In this document: positions 63,177 through 64,000 of the stretch, in pieces
How the letters are laid out: the number at the start of each line of letters is the position of its first letter
How positions within the stretch are numbered: the first letter of the stretch is position 1
The notes under the pieces: model-generated
Database searches by the model: none
Seen by the model: only the letters and a program-made list of their open reading frames with translations
Told to the model about the DNA's origin: nothing
Position numbers and translations under genes: made by a program
DNA from: Hypanus sabinus
Lineage: Eukaryota
Direction: 5' to 3'
DNA: 64,000 nucleotides
Assembly (NCBI RefSeq): GCF_030144855.1
Contig: NC_082731.1
Location: forward strand, 27,838,001-27,902,000

Positions 63177-64000
63177 TGTGCTTTGGGGGGCAGTGCACAA
63201 AAAAGGTTTGGGTAACTCTGGTATACACCATTTGTAGACTCAGTCACATCCAGATACATGGGGTGTTTTCCCCTTAGACATTTTGTGTGAAGTCTTATTG
63301 TGTTTGTGTCATGCTCAAGCTTTCAATGAGACTGTGAGTCAGTGCCTTGTCTGAAGAAAGAGCAGATATAACACATACTGTTCCAGTCTGACTGGGACGG
63401 ATCATCTGACAAAGTATGATATGTATTTCTCAACATTTCTCATTTTGGAAGGATTATGAACAATTTTCTTTTGAATTAGAAAGTCCAAGGGTGTACCCCA
63501 GATGATCATTGTTGTCGTGAAATATCAGAAATATCGAAGCCTAGATGTACACTGAAGGGTCACTGAATTGTGAATCTCTGTTTAATCAGCACTGTGATGT
63601 TGCTAAACATGTTTTCTGCAGGTTTCTCAGTTATGTCCCATATTGGCCTGGTCTTGATTTTCAGCTGTCCCTGGGAAATGGGATCCCTTCATAAAACTTG
63701 ACAGAGTCAGGATCGCTCCCTTTATTGCTAAATGCTGGTGTTATTCCCCAAGCAGCATATAATTTTGTCAAGGCTTGGGTAATTCTAACAAAACATTCTC
63801 CTTTGGACATTCCTAGGGATCACTGAGTTTCCCTCTTGGACTGAGTTCAGTGTCCAGCACGTGGATCAATGTAACTTTAGCAATTTGTCTGATCCAGGAT
63901 TTAGGCACAAAGCATGTCAGATTGGACAGGAGACCGGGTAGACCCAGACTGGGTCTTGTCTCACCAATTTGTCTTGTGTCCAAGATTACCAAAGTGTCAT

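Larger units (their letters stand above)
59266..63220 (+). mobile_element. hAT (Charlie-like) transposon, unit 3 copy, containing a Gypsy insertion
   Basis: TIR cagtgataccc / gggtaactctg; TSD gtgtgcac (59258-59265) / gtatacac (63221-63228); same insertion site as in unit 2. Confidence 0.88.
46409..64000 (+). repeat. Tandem array of a composite 4.5-6.6 kb unit (starts about 46409, 51920, 58561; third copy runs off the window)
   Basis: Each unit starts taga(a/t)t...ctaataactgta...gttcactgtgag... and shares colinear blocks (46420-47228 / 51930-52729 / 58570-59219; 48020-49040 / 54828-55790 / 63229-64000; 49600-50640 / 56500-57520). Confidence 0.92.

Noticed and set aside
1-64000. rRNA, tRNA, CRISPR arrays or prokaryote-type operons
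   Set aside because: None recognised; the sequence is spliced vertebrate DNA, and the only tRNA-related signals are retroelement primer-binding sites.

Overview
Repeat-dense cartilaginous-fish genomic DNA, probably a ray (inferred from repeat types). Its core is a partly decayed immunoglobulin heavy-chain constant-region locus on the minus strand, most likely IgW (omega). In transcription order it reads: C3 (46204, in-frame stop), C4 (intact), C5 (frameshift), C6 plus tailpiece KPTLVNVSLVLTDSFKSCV* (two frameshifting deletions), polyA signal, a second diverged C3'-C4' pair (frameshift; stop), an open candidate secretory exon ending ECRPCQ*, a 7-kb Gypsy insertion, and an intact TM1 exon (27024-26882). 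Domain numbers are inferred from homology to recalled IgNAR C2-C5 / IgW-long C3-C6. No V, D, J, C1 or C2 is visible in the 17.8 kb upstream of C3. That space holds about 2.8 copies of a tandem unit; the two complete copies each end in an inverted, dead C3 exon. The units record a datable series of hAT and Gypsy insertions. The remainder is nested CR1, L1, I/Nimb-like, L2-like, Gypsy, solo-LTR and MITE sequence plus a local segmental duplication. All alignments were done by eye. Ig exon and TSD coordinates were counted to the base; LINE boundaries are approximate.
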